NCBI RefSeq assembly: GCF_001194135.2
Contig: NC_068989.1
Coordinates: 483,147-547,146, forward strand
Reading direction: 5' to 3'
Length of the DNA stretch: 64,000 nucleotides
Source: Octopus bimaculoides
Taxonomy: Eukaryota
Program-made: the position numbers and the translations under genes
The notes under the pieces: generated by a model
The model's database searches: none
Seen by the model: only the letters and a program-made list of their open reading frames with translations
Told to the model about the DNA's origin: nothing
Part shown: positions 25,491 through 38,690 of the stretch, in pieces
Position numbering within the stretch: the first letter of the stretch is position 1
Layout of the letters: each line of letters opens with the position of its first letter

Positions 25491-27849
25491 AAAAAAAAAA
25501 GACTAAAAATATATATATATACCCAGTGAACACTCATTAAACCAGACTCCAATAAGCTACATATCAAATAAATGAGATAAATCTAATTTAAGAACAACTT
25601 TCAATGCGGATTTCTGATGCCCTCTTTGAGTGTTTTGGGGGGTGTATATTCTGGGTATGGTTCTGCCATTTTTGTTAAGTGCTATGCACTCAACATATTG
25701 ATAAAAGAAACACATGGTACATCGAACTCATTGCTTTGTATGCCATAAAATGCAATATGGATTTTATGTACATATCAATGTAATATCTGTTAACCAACAT
25801 TGCGTATGGAGCATTGTAGTTACACTAATCATGCACCATCCGAACGTGGTTGATGCCAGCCTCCTAACCCCAAATGGCTCCTGTGTCAGTAGCACGTAAA
25901 AAGCACCATCCTAACATGGACGGTGCCAGTGCCACTTGACTTGATGGATTCGGATGAAACTTTCAGAGGTGTTTGTCCTTTTGACTGGCAGGAACTGATT
26001 AGATTTTGGGATCGATCGGGTGCTGGACAAGGATTCTGGATTATTTTTCCTGTTTTTTTACTTAATTTTTGAGAGCAGTCAGGTTCATTTTTAGTATTCT
26101 CATTTGTGAGAGCAGTCAAGTTTATTTCAGATATTCTTATTTTAAAAATCATCTCTGGCTAAGATCTCCACTTACTTGCTAGGGTTGTTCTCTCTATTTT
26201 TTGTTATTGGAAATTCATTCTGCTGTCTTCATTGACTCATAAATGTCCAAATGTTCCTTTATTCAAATGATTCGTCTGCCATTGCAACAATCCTAAGAAA
26301 TTTCCATGCTACTTTTTGCATGATGTGGTCTGCTGCATTATTTGTAGCCTATGCTGTGTGAAATGAGCTGAACTGGGTTAGGTCTAAGGCTTGAGTAAGG
26401 AACATTTTGAAATGACAGATTATATAATTCAGAAGGCCAAAAGTGTGTTTAGTGCCTCCTCAGGTCTATACAAGAAATGTTGTTCTTCATGATTAACTTC
26501 AGCAGTGACTCATATCTGTGTAACATTAACGGAATCATTTTCTTATTTTCCTGTTATTTTGGCATTTTTATTTACAACCTCATCCTCTAATTATCAACAT
26601 TCATTGGGGAACGTTTTCAACAATAGCTCTGCCATTATTGATGGCTCAGGAACTCTAGTACTGATTAGAAAACGTTAAAAGAGACTGCAACATTGGGGAT
26701 TAATAGAGGAAACAAAGAAAGATGGAAGACCACAAGAAAAACAAGCAGAAAAGACAAAAGAATAAGAGATGAAGAGTGGATAGTGAAGAAAAAGTCATAG
26801 AAAAAGAGACTTTTGCTACTAATTTAATGATTTTTTTTCTCTTTTTTTTATAAGAAAATTAGGTGAGAAAATGAGATGAAAATTACAAAAAATACAACAG
26901 GAACAAGTGAAGATAGTAATGGAGGGCTTAGAAGAAAACGGTAAGATGAACTTGAATTTTGTTGGAGGTATTTAGTGAGCCATGTTAAGTAAATAAAGAA
27001 TGTAGTGAATGGCTATGTCTTCAAGTACAGGGAAGTTTTTATAGATGTTGTAAAAAGATAAAACAAGAAAATCAATGTTAATAATAACGAGACAGGAAAT
27101 ATTTGTTTTGTTATTGGCAAAATTTTGCAAGTGCAGCAAAAGAACAATTTGGAAAAAGAATATAGTAGTGGAGGTGGGAGGGTAAGCAAGTGTGAAGGGA
27201 GTTGGATAATGCACTTGAGAAATACATTTACAAGAAATCTCGTCTTGTATAAGGTTACATATTAACGAAAACAACACTAAATAAAAGGCTTTGGAAAATA
27301 GAGAAAAAGAAAAAGACTCTCATAAAAGACAACGATGAGAAAATTATTAACATTACAACAATAAAGGATAGTTCTGTAGTATGGGAAAAAAAGAGAAATA
27401 AAATATTGACTCATTTTCTTTTCCACTTTATAACATATTCAGTAATGAATGAGATATAGGAACTATAAGCATGAAATACTTGCATGGTCTCCAAGGGGTA
27501 TTGCATGTGTGTGTGCGTGTGTGTGTGCATGCACATGCATGTGCACACATCTGCACAAACACATTTATATAAAAGAGTGCTTATTGTTTTATCAGAGTTT
27601 CAAATATTGTAGATAAGGCATGCATAATAATGGACATATTTATTATTAGATGAATATTTTTATTCAAATGCAAAAAAAAATATTGATGTGTGTGTGTGTG
27701 TATGTGTGTGGCCAAGGTCTAAACAGATCTCTCTTCTCAGAAACAAAATTACAACAGATATACACTTATGACCCACAAGTTATTAATTTAACACCTTTTC
27801 CACTCAGTCATAGATAAAAGCAGTGACTTTGTCATTAACATCAAGCTCC

Positions 27850-28045
27850 CAGCACAAGTGAAGATCACCTGCATCAAAACAACGATGCTGAAGACACAGA
27901 GCTGAAGATGCTAGTCAGCACACAGCCCCAGGATAAAGACTCATCAACTTCCCAAGACCATGGTGACCAAATTCTATTCTGGTCGCCATGATAGAAGAAC
28001 ACCAAAGTAGAGGGGTAAGGACACCCTAAAGAAATCCCTTCTGGA
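27850..28045 (+). mobile_element. RTE (Bov-B-like) LINE C-terminal fragment
   Basis: TMLKTQS*RC*SAHSPRIKTHQLPKTMVTKFYSGRHDRRTPK*RGKDTLKKSL resembles QLRWAGHV-x-RM-x3-RLPK...G-x-R-x2-G-x-P-x-KR-x-KD-x-LK-x-SL. Confidence 0.55.
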
Positions 28046-28200
28046 GGTATTGATCTAAACTTTGTCCCTTCTCCTGCTTGCAAGTGTATAACTGGTGATG
28101 TGCATACTTTACATTCTTTGGTTTCACGTATAGTGAGGTAAGAATGTCAACGGCTCTGTTGTACGTGTTGCAGTCTGCAATATATTCATTTTCATACCAA
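28041..28200 (-). pseudogene. Ty3/gypsy gag-like fragment
   Basis: YIADCNTYNRAVDILTSLYVKPKNVKYAHHQLYTCKQEKGQSLDQYLQ matches the gag motif LYVKPKN-x-I/F-ARH-x-L-x-T-x2-Q-x2-GESLD-x-Y/FLQ of marine-invertebrate gypsy elements. Confidence 0.75.
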
Positions 28201-28443
28201 AGCCTCGTTTTCATTCCAAAGCCTCGTTTTCAACTGGCTGTAGTAATATTAACAGTAGTGAATATAACATGCAGAGTTACAGTAATAATATCAGTAATTA
28301 TTAGCACAGTAACCGTAATGTTTGTGTTGAAGAAAGCAGTTAAGTATTATAAAACTTTTTGCATCTGGAAATGGATTCAATTAACAATAGAAAAGACAAA
28401 TCTTCAAAAAAAAACATTTCAGAAAGGTTTTGTCAATACTTAC

Positions 28444-28590
28444 GAATCTGATGAGTCCCTGATGTATTAAATATATAAGACCGTCTACAACGAGCAAGTG
28501 TCTTGTCGCTTGTGACATTGTCCACAAAGAATTTTGTATTATCTATACTCCAAGAAAATGTTACTATGCCAGTTGGTTCAGCAGTTTCAT
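28444..28590 (-). CDS. PKD1-like: PKD1-like exon, core of PKD repeat 1: (D)ETAEPTGIVTFSWSIDNTKFFVDNVTSDKTLARCRRSYIFNTSGTHQI(R)
   Basis: Acceptor ttgttctttacag, donor C|gtaagt, 147 nt, phase 1 to 1. Supplies the F-x-W and Y-x-F-x3-G motifs that continue into VHIKNAISE of the next exon. Not in the ORF track. Confidence 0.85.
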
Positions 28591-29029
28591 CTGTAAAGAA
28601 CAATGTAAAGACATTTTCATATCATTTTCATGTTTATAAGAATCTATTTGACATTGCTTAATAATAATAATAATAATAATCTCTTTTGTACTGTATGAGT
28701 TGGTTGGACAAGAGTGATAAGGCAAGTGAAGAACTCCCACTGAATCAGGAAGACTCTGATTGCAGTGACATCAATGTGTTGTTGCAGGCATACAATATAA
28801 GAAGACAACAATGACTAAAGGCACAAGGCCTGGATTTTGGTGAGAGGGGACGAGTTGATTATATCAACCCCTGAGCTCAACTGTTTCTTATTTTATCCAC
28901 CCTGAAAGGATGCAAAGCAAAGCCAATCTTGCTGGGATTTGAACTCAGAATGTAAAACCAGAAGAAATGCCACAAAGCATTTTGTCCAGCCTAAGAACAT
29001 TTCTGGCAGCTCACTGCCTTAATAATAAT

Positions 29030-29465
29030 AATAAATGCCCCATGAGGCAGCGGCTCTCATGGCTTTTGACCTTAACTGGTTGGAAGCGTTACCATGTCAA
29101 TTGTTTTGTCTTGGTATAAAAGATGAGCTACAGCAAATATTCTGCTCAATACCACAGATTTGCTTGTCAGTTGTTTGACCTTAACCAGTTGAGCATGTCC
29201 CATGGTGGCTGACAATATGTGCATCTCTGATCATGAGCAGAAGTAGTGGGGGAGCATCATAGCCATGTGTTGAGGGGAATTCTTTGGGGTTTGGATAATT
29301 CACTTCTGGAAACATGAGTATTTCATTCAACATGCTTAAACAACCCTTATTCAGGGACCTTTTGAGTGGGATGGGCTATTTGACCTGAAGAAAATTGTAA
29401 CTGGGCCCCACCTGCGAGGTCATGCGTTCTTTATCTTGATTTGAAATCACCATGTCATGCACACT
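29030..29465 (+). mobile_element. Dispersed repeat family D, associated with (AAT)n
   Basis: 29310-29460 matches the reverse complement of 55480-55630 (CAACCCTTATTCAGGGACCTTTTGAG...AACTGGGCCCCACCTGC.AGGTCATGC). Both copies abut (AAT)n runs. Confidence 0.7.
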
Positions 29466-30534
29466 GTCTGGTAATAATGATGGCAGAAAGCCAACCTGGA
29501 TTAAATGTGAACATGATAAAAGACATTAAACTGAACAAATAAGGGGTAAAACTAGCAGAGTCCTTAGCACATTTGGCAAAAGGTTCAGCAGCATTTCGTG
29601 TGTCTTTATGTTCTGAGTTCAAATTCACCCAAAGTCGACTCTGTCTTTTATCTTTTCAGGATTGATAAAATAAGTACCAGTTGAGCACTGGGGTCAGTGT
29701 AATTGACTTATCCCCCCACCCTCCCGCCACATAAAAAAAAAACACTGGCTTTGTGCAGAAATTTAAAATTAATATAAATGGGACAAATAACTTGTAAATA
29801 TTCTTGCAAAGGACATTTATGTCTCATGATGATGTTATCAAAGGACCAGCATCACTAGCTTCAGTGATTGCAGTGGATCTTCCAGTTAATGGTGTGATCC
29901 TCTATCGTAATATTTCAAACAGATCAGCATCACCAGTTCTCCAGCTACCACTGTGACTAATATGTCATCTCCAACCATTCTGCCAACTAAATTATGCTGG
30001 TCTTCATGACAGCCTAACCAGCGATGCAATACACAATGTAGGGGCTGTAGAATCACAAAGGAAATTCACAAGCCACAAACATATATGAGTTATCTTTCAT
30101 GACTAGAATAATATCATCATCATCATCATTATTGTGATCGTCATCATAATCACCATCATCATCACCAGCATCATTTAACATCTGCTTTTCATGCTGGAAT
30201 GGGTTTGAGAGTTTGACAGGAGTTGGTAAGGCTCGGGTGCACACCAGGCTCCAGTTGAATGGTTTCTATGGCTGGATACCCTTCCTAACACCAACCACTT
30301 TACAGGGTGGACCGGGTGTCTTCTACGTGGCACCAGCACCATTATATATTTATATGTTATACATATATTTAGAGTATTCTATAATTCTGAATCTGTCTTT
30401 ACACTGTGTCTATTCAACTGAGTCTGTGCGATTGCTGTTTTGCTAAATGCTGTTGTGGCATTGCATGTATTTTACATGTGGTGCTCTTAAACAGGAGTTC
30501 AATCCTGGAGACAGTTGATGGTGTGTGTCACTTG

Positions 30535-30785
30535 GATCATCATCATCATCATCGTTTAACGTCCGCTTTCCATGCTAGCATGGGTTGGACGATTTGACTG
30601 AGGACTGGTGGACCAGGAGGCAACACCAGGCTCCAATCTGATTTGGCAGAGTTTCTACAGCTGGATGACCTTCCTAATGCCAACCACTCCGAGACTGTAG
30701 TGGGTGTTTTACGTGCCACTGGCACGAGGGCCAGTCAGGCAGAACTGGCAACAGCCACTCTCGAAATGGTGTGTTTTACGTGCTT
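30535..30785 (-). mobile_element. SINE-like family A copy
   Basis: Reverse complement of family A, with (CAT)n at the left end. Confidence 0.85.
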
Positions 30786-31662
30786 AACAATGGAAAACTA
30801 TAATAACAGACAACTCAAGTTTTGAACTTGCTATTGTAGGTGTATGCCATCATCATAAACACACCATGTCATTGCATCTATAAAAAATCAATAAAGTGTC
30901 ACATTAGGAACAAATGTGCAGCACAATTATGTTGTCAGGGAGAACAGTGTACTGAAGAGCAAATGCAGACGCCTGTTGTATGTGAGAGTGATTGCGAAGA
31001 CAGAAAATCACTAAACTTAATTAGAGTGACAGGTGTTGTTGTTGTTTAGCTTGATTGACCTGACCCAGGAGCCAAGGCATTCCAGGTGAAGCCAGCTGGT
31101 TATTTTGGCAGACACTGCAAACCATATTATCCAATATAATTCTTTTAAAACAATAAGATGTAATTTGAAGGAAATTTGGTTGCTATTTCTAACAGATCAA
31201 GCAACTAAATAAAGGTTTCTTCATTTCAATGGTGATCAACACAGTTTAATAATACACATGTAGCAGAGTTGTTATTGTGCGTTCATTAGACATAATTAGT
31301 GATAAGGTAATTTGTAAAAAGGAAAAAGAAAAAGAAAGAAAACAATCTTTAAAATATCATTTGTGTTAAATAGAAAATTGCTAAGAAATTAAAATTAAGA
31401 ACTGTATATAAGAAAAAGAGGACTTCAGTGGCAAAGAAAAACTAGATTGGATGGTAGCTATTGATTTTGCCATTGTAAACAATTTGAATTGAAATGTGTC
31501 TTCACCTGGCTGTAGAAAAATACCTGTAGAGATTAGCTGACAAACTTGTTAAGAGGTAATTAGAGGAAAACTGAAAATACTGGACCTCACAAAAAACCTG
31601 AGGAGAACTATTACAGACCTATCCAACCCATGCTACCCTTGAGGCTGCCCTTTGGCAAGTAT

Positions 31663-31896
31663 TATTTCTTTACTACCCACAAGGGGCTACACACAGAGGG
31701 GACAAACAAGGACAGACAAACGGATTAAGTCGATTTTATCGACCCCAGTGCGTAACTGGTACTTATTTAATCGACCCCGAAAGGATGAAAGGCAAAGTCG
31801 ACCTCGCCGGAATTTGAACTCAGAACGTAGCGGCAGACGAAATACCGCTAAGCATTTCGCCCGGCGTGCTAACGGTTCTGCCAGCTCGCCGCCTTC
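31663..31896 (-). mobile_element. tRNA-head SINE family C, intact, with 10-bp TSD
   Basis: Head GGCGGCGAGCTGGCAGAA...GAGTTCAAATTCC, core GTCGACTTTGCCTTTCATCCTTTCGGGGTCGATTAAATAAGTACCAG. TGGCAAGTAT direct repeats at 31653-31662 and 31897-31906. CpGs retained. Confidence 0.9.
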
Positions 31897-33534
31897 TGGC
31901 AAGTATAAGAACAACCCAGACTTAGATTATTGAAGAAGACTTCTTTTGCCATGTCACCATGTTTAAAATTTTGGTCATCAAACTTTCTGAACAAGTAGAA
32001 GATAAATCAAAGATATTGACCTAAAGAATGTAATATTTGAGATGTAAGTCATTCATTGATTGTGCAAAGGAACCAGTAAGGTGAAAGATTAAACCTGTTG
32101 AAAGCTAGTACAACAGGATTAGTCAGACCACTTACAAGAGAAAGAAATAAAAGAAAAAAAAAACAGTTTAAATTTTTAAAAACAACTCGTTTCAAAGTTC
32201 CAGTGAAACTGTGGGAAAAGAATTGTGATGTAACATACAGAGAAACTTGTACTTGCAAACCTGAACATAAAATGCCTGAACATAGAAAACATGAGAGATG
32301 TATGATTTATCCAGCACTAAGACAAAACTAAATCCATTGTTCTTTTATTCTTATTCATGTCAGCAATTTGTTTGGATAGCTGAACAGTTGTCATTTTTGT
32401 AATCAAAAGTAAACCCTGCCATGGAACAACAAAATAAACATTTACTTTATGAGTCAGTTATAAATACAGATTTATTTCCCCCAGTTATAAATATGATTTA
32501 TTTTCCCAGTGAAGGTGACTCCTGTGGGGGGTCAAGAAAGGACAGAAATAAATTATGGCGATGAGGTATCTGAGTGGATCTTCAATGCATGATTTGGGTA
32601 GAAATGAGTGAAGCAGTAGGACCTGGAGTGAGGGAAGAGGGGAAGGTGGCTGACAGTGTGGAACAGCAGAATAATAATGATGAAAGAGTAGACAGGAGAA
32701 AGATGAGAGGGAAGGGATGGTGTTTGGTAGACTAGAAGAGTGAATGGGGAAGAGAGAGAGGGGCAGGAATAGAATATGAGGAGGGTGAGAGATCCATGGG
32801 TGAGGGAGTTTACATATTTCCTTTGCATTCTCTTACATACTTGTAACTACACCTTTTCTGTTTTAAAACTCATAAAAAATTATTTTTGAGTGGTTGGGGG
32901 GGGGGGGGGATTAATTATATTTTAGTTAATTCCAATGGGTAAAATGGATTTGTAAAATGAGTAAATCATGTGATGAGCTCAGTCATGGAACGGATTAAAC
33001 TCATACTGCGAGGTATCACTGTTTTTTTTTTTTCGCATAGACTTCCAGAAGACACAAACAGAGCTAGTAATGCATTTTGTAAGGGTTTTGTCAGATAGCA
33101 ACAATAGATGCCAGTACTTTGATGTCTTTAGTGTCAAGGAAACAACAGGAAACCTGAGTTCATATAAAGACCATTTCACAGAACGCCTTGATAACATTTT
33201 CACTTCTAACTAGAACAACCATAAACAATGAAAGCAGTTATTTTATGGGTGACTTTAACTCCACAACAATGTGAAAATGGAGAGCAGAAAACTAACAAAG
33301 AATTTCTAAATTCAGTTTTAAATACTATTTGCATCTAACAATATTTTTAAGTATAACCCAGTAAACAATGTTGTGTTCATTAAAATATAGTCATTCAAAA
33401 CAAAACAAAAAAAACAATTGTCAGTCTTGGACTAAAATTTTGGAAGTTTTTCAGGGAGAGTCACATTGTTATCAGTGCTACGTGTGTGTGTGTGTGTATG
33501 TGTGTACATACACAAACACACTCACATATAGATA

Positions 33535-34628
33535 TCTTATATATAAATGGCAATTTATGTCTGACTGTTACCATCTTACTGCCTAAACCAGGGAACCAAT
33601 CTTCATGAAACTTTGCATACCTGTTAAACTAACATCCAGTTCGATAATAGGCTAACTAAATTTCAATAAAAATCGATAATGGGCCCCCTAGGGGGGAACG
33701 GCGAATTATATGATAAAATGAGAAGGGTGCAAAGAGTATTATTCTGAGGAATGTAGTAGCAGAGGTGAATGTGACTGATATCAGGAAAGGGGAGAACAGC
33801 ATTGTGTAAGCGACAAATATGGAGTGGCAATGGGATGTTATGTTAATACAGCTGTCATATACACATGAGACTGCATACATACTTTTGTAAATACATAGAT
33901 ACATGCACACACGTACACTACACATGAACATACACATCACTAACTTTTAAAATGCCAAGGAAGGGAAAGAAAGGTGGGTGTGAGGAATACATAGCTTTAT
34001 GGAGAGAGGGGGCAGGTGGCTTTTCTACTGTCCACCACAAAGAAACACTCACACACAGACACATACACACATATATATATACATACATATGTCTACTACA
34101 CACCATTTTAAACCTGTGATTTACCTGTGTGTATACTTGGATGTGTGTGTGTGTGCATGCCCCACATCCTATAACTGTCTGTCTTTTTATTTATTTGTTC
34201 TAGAAAAATTACAGAAAAATGTTGCTGAGGTTTAAAGTTTAATCTATTTTACCTAATCAGAAAATAGGTTTTGGAAGCTGGCATTCTCTGCATGATAGCT
34301 TTCTATCACAGAATGAAAGCAAAATCATTAGGAAGAATTTCTATTAAACAAATGAACGCAAAGCATTATGATGACTAAAGTTGTAAGGATTTCTCAAGTT
34401 ATAATAAGTTTTGATGAATAAAGTCATGTGAAATGGTTGAAGAGACATGTAAATAATTCCTCAATGAAAAAATCCTCAATGAAGTTTTTTGGGCGAAATT
34501 TTCACAAATCTGTCCTGATCAAGAGGTCTATCTGTCGGGGAAGTCATGGTCTGACATGGAATCAACAGAAATTTATATAAGACATTCTATTGTAAAAATT
34601 GCCTGGCAGCGACAGGCTATTCAGCTAG
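33535..34628 (+). mobile_element. Probable non-autonomous Helitron (about 1.1 kb)
   Basis: 5' A|TC then ATATATAAAT..ATGTCTG..CCTAAACC..ACCAATCTTCATGAAACTTTGCATAC. 3' hairpin GCCTG-GCAGCGA-CAGGC (34601-34617), then CTAG|T (34625-34628). Sits in an A|T target with no TSD. Confidence 0.6.
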
Positions 34629-35159
34629 TATATATATATCTATNNNNNNNNNNNNNNNNNNNNNNNNNNNNNNNNNNNNNNNNNNNNNNNNNNNNNNNNN
34701 NNNNNNNNNNNNNNNNNNNNNNNNNNNNNNNNNNNNNNNNNNNNNNNNNNNNNNNNNNNNNNNNNNNNNNNNNNNNNNNNNNNNNNNNNNNNNNNNNNNN
34801 NNNNNNNNNNNNNNNNNNNNNNNNNNNNNNNNNNNNNNNNNNNNNNNNNNNNNNNNNNNNNNNNNNNNNNNNNNNNNNNNNNNNNNNNNNNNNNNNNNNN
34901 NNNNNNNNNNNNNNNNNNNNNNNNNNNNNNNNNNNNNNNNNNNNNNNNNNNNNNNNNNNNNNNNNNNNNNNNNNNNNNNNNNNNNNNNNNNNNNNNNNNN
35001 NNNNNNNNNNNNNNNNNNNNNNNNNNNNNNNNNNNNNNNNNNNNNNNNNNNNNNNNNNNNNNNNNNNNNNNNNNNNNNNNNNNNNNNNNNNNNNNNNNNN
35101 NNNNNNNNNNNNNNNNNNNNNNNNNNNNNNNNNNNNNNNNNNNNNNNNNNNNNNNNNNN

Positions 35160-35395
35160 GGGTGGCACATAAAAGACACCATTTCGAGCGTGGCCGTTTT
35201 CGTGCGGGTGACACGTAAAAGCACCCACTACACTCTCTGAGTGGTTGGCGTTAGGAAGGGCATCCAGCTGTAGAAACTCTGCCAAATCAGACTGGAGCCT
35301 GGTGTTGCCATCCGGTTTCACCAGTCCTCAGTCAAATCGTCCAACCCATGCTAGCATGGAAAGCGGACGTTAAACGATGATGATGATGATGATGA
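35160..35395 (+). mobile_element. SINE-like family A copy, 5' part lost in gap
   Basis: About 6 substitutions relative to 108-335; (GAT)n tail. Confidence 0.85.
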
Positions 35396-35776
35396 ACTCG
35401 GAAGATTATGATCTTGATGAAGAAAATTAATAAGATGTGTTTTTTTAATTTGCATTTGCCAATAGGAGTTATACAACAGTTTTCTGACCAAGGATTGAAA
35501 CCTGAGTCTTCAGGTTCATTTCTTTTGTTCTCAGACTGTGTAGTTATTTGTTTAAGCTGTCAAATTTTTCATCATCTTAGATTAGACAGAGGTGAAACTA
35601 GATAATACCACTGAACTCTAATTCCAGTGACCCGGTTCGGATTTAACACAGGTTATGTATTCAGGACAAGCTGTCAGAAATAGCAGCCAGTCTACTTGCT
35701 CATTTCATAGTTTACTTTTGTTACTTTCAGTCACTTTCCTTCAGCCAGGCACAAAGAAACTTTGCCAAAATTTGGT

Positions 35777-35810
<34 letters not shown>

Positions 35811-37449
35811 CTTCTTTTTTGTAAGTCTTTCACCCTTTACTTTCCTCCTTCCGTACACTTAATGCCAGGCTAACTATAAAAACTGGACACATGATTCTCC
35901 ATATAAACAAACTTGTCATCCAACAATAGAAACTTGTCTTTTGCCAACTCATCACAATTGTGCAATTATGTAACAAATGAAAAAAAAAATCAGTAGAATG
36001 TATAAAGTATGATTTGTAAATTCATTTCAATACAACTAGAAATTATCAACATATTACACTTCACTCGTTACATCTAATGACCCCGCTGAATCACCCTGCA
36101 CAACAATCAGCGTTTCTGCAAAGCACTGGTGCTGGTACCATGCATAAAAAGCACCAAGTACACTCTGTAAAGTGGTTGGCATTAGGAAGGGCATCCAGCT
36201 GTAGAAAAACCATGCCAGAACAGAGAATGGAGCCTGATGCAGCCCCTGTGAAACCAACCAACTCATGCCAGCATGGAAAACAGATGTTTAATGATGATGA
36301 TGATTTCATCCTATCTGTGTCTAAGTCAGTGTTTGAATCAAGGCTTTCTTCATCAGCAGATATGGCAGTGACTCAGGCAGCAATTATTTTCAAGGCACCA
36401 CCAATCTGGACAAATGGTCCAACCCTGTCATTTGTATAGATCAAAACTCAGTTTGAGGACTTGGGCCTTCAATGAGTCTTTTTTTTAGTAGGTGTCTGTT
36501 CTTACTAAATTTCTGGCTCTTATTTTAGGGGTTTATTTCTTACAGCATCTCAGCCCTTTAAAGTAGATGTTTAATGTGACAGGCTTACCAATACCACTAC
36601 CAACCTCGCTGCTCAGACACCCTACCACAGTCAGTCTTGTTATTTTGCAATCAGCAATTATATGATACACTGCTCTTCTCTACAAATATCCAAACACTGC
36701 TTGTCCTGTTTTTTAAGACAAACTAATCAAACACTGTTACCCACCCTGTCAACACCCATGGCCCACCAACGGCTGCAAGACTTCCTCCTTCCATACATCA
36801 AGTGACACAAAGACCCCAAGTTGGGTCAATTAAAGTTAACAAAAATAATTATAATTTTGATGACAATGGTGGAGAGATTGAATAATTCAACCATTAGCAA
36901 AAGTAAGTGGGAGTAATAGCTGCTACACTGCTGGCTGTCAATAACTCCATTAGTAATAGCTGGTCCAGTTACTATTAGTGATTATTCAAGAGTGTGCCTC
37001 AGAGGGTAACTTTCTAGGTGCAATCCCATGGTCATTCATGACCAAAGGGGGTCACACAATACAATATCAATGATCTTTGAATATGAATTACTTTCACATG
37101 TCTTTAGTTTGGGCCCAGCAGATGCAACAGCAGTGCTTTGCTGCTATACGTTTTTAAGTCCTTTCTGTGTAGCATTTTCAACATTTCAGCACCAACTTTA
37201 CTTGCTGTAATTATCTCTAGTAAAGTCCATTGTATTTTTTGCCATAATTCAACTCATAAAAGGAAAATCTGTGGAAACAACCTGTTGTACATTACAGATG
37301 TGTGCTTATTATGACAAATGAATAGCATTTTAATGATCAGCAAAGTTATGGCACAGCAGCAACAACCAAATACAACCTACAGCTGGAGTTAAAGAAACTG
37401 ATATTTGGCAATCCTTAAAGTAGAAACTAAATATTTTACAATCCTTAAC

Positions 37450-38600
37450 TTATTACGATAATTAGTTTCATTCACTAAAGACATCCCTGACTGACACACA
37501 GACATACAAACACTCCAAACCCCACTTGAAATCTTTCACACTCTCAAACCCAGCCACTACCAAACCATCACCATCACTTGTTGGATTATGCAATCATTTC
37601 CCTGCCTTGACTACTTATTACACATCCACATGCAAAGCAAAAGGTCCCCACAGCACTTGAAGCTCGTTGACTGGTTGGAGCTGTACAAGTCTCAGCACTT
37701 TAACCTCACCCATCAGAGACAACTAATGGTACGGAATGGGGATATTAGTTATGTCTCTCTCTCCATCCAACACCCACAGCCAAAACTCAGAACCTCAATT
37801 TCCACCCCCACTCTACCCCCTGCAATGGTTTCAGTGCACTGCAGCATGTCATGTAAAAGAAAGAAAAAAAAAAACACAGCCACAAAGCTCAGAAAATTGC
37901 CAACCCCTACAACTCTCATGACAGACAGATCTTCATCCAAAATATAAAGAATGTTTCCATGCATTTACACTCTAAAAGTTCTCCAAATCCCTAAACAACA
38001 GCTTATTGTTTCAGTTCCTTGCTAAAAGAATTCCTACTTTGCAGAATCCTTCTTTCCTCCACTTTTCAAACATGACAATTCTGGAAACAATGTTCCTCCA
38101 GACAAAACCTCTGCATTTGCTGCCCATTTGCCATCGAAATTCACACAGCACAGATATAAAACTCTTTCAAAACTAACAATTCCAACAGACTTGAAACTAT
38201 CTCCACATACATCTCAAGTATGAAACCCCTTCTGTCCCTTCCTTTAATCTCCAAAGCCAGCCTTTCTCCTCACAAATTCTTCAATCTCTCTCTCCCTCCC
38301 TCCTTCCCCAAGCACATATCTCAGTCTTTGAAAACCCATAACAGTATCTTCCATCTCCATGTTCCCCATTTTACTGGCAAGGGTGATGGAGGAGGAGGCA
38401 GTGCAATTCTTTCGAGCAGACTAAAACACTTTCCTCCCAAACAACAATATTCTAATGCTTTTACATAAATGAAGAGACAACCAACAGACCCAGACATGAG
38501 TTTCTGTTGCTCATAAATGCAGTCACAAGATTTTCAATCATCTCCTCAAGAAGCATTTGAAAGGATAGCTGGAGGACAAGTCAAATAAAACATCCATCAT
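37450..38600 (+). mobile_element. Highly decayed CR1/L2/Jockey-like LINE ORF2 relic
   Basis: C-rich strand. Segments resemble K-x2-LFA-x2-F-x2-NS and KFFNLSL...SFP...GKGD from the pre-RT region. Many indels. Confidence 0.4.
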
Positions 38601-38690
38601 ACTGATGGATTATTTGCAAAAAATATGTGAAGAATACAAATAACTTTGATAACAACACTAAAGAAACAGAACCAAAACCTCTACTAGCTA

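Noticed and set aside
26150-26700. ATNNAADHIMQK, resembling an SF1 helicase motif Ia
   Set aside because: No Walker A motif, and multiple stops in all frames.
31652-31933. 93-aa and 75-aa overlapping ORFs; tRNA-like GGTTC/GAGTTCAAATTCC motifs here and elsewhere
   Set aside because: They lie wholly within SINE copies. The heads are tRNA-derived but no complete cloverleaf is supported.
32540-33270. Possible CR1/L2 3' end (32540-32830, minus) and APE-like MGDFN motif (about 33245, plus)
   Set aside because: Single short motifs in heavily decayed sequence; not enough to call boundaries.
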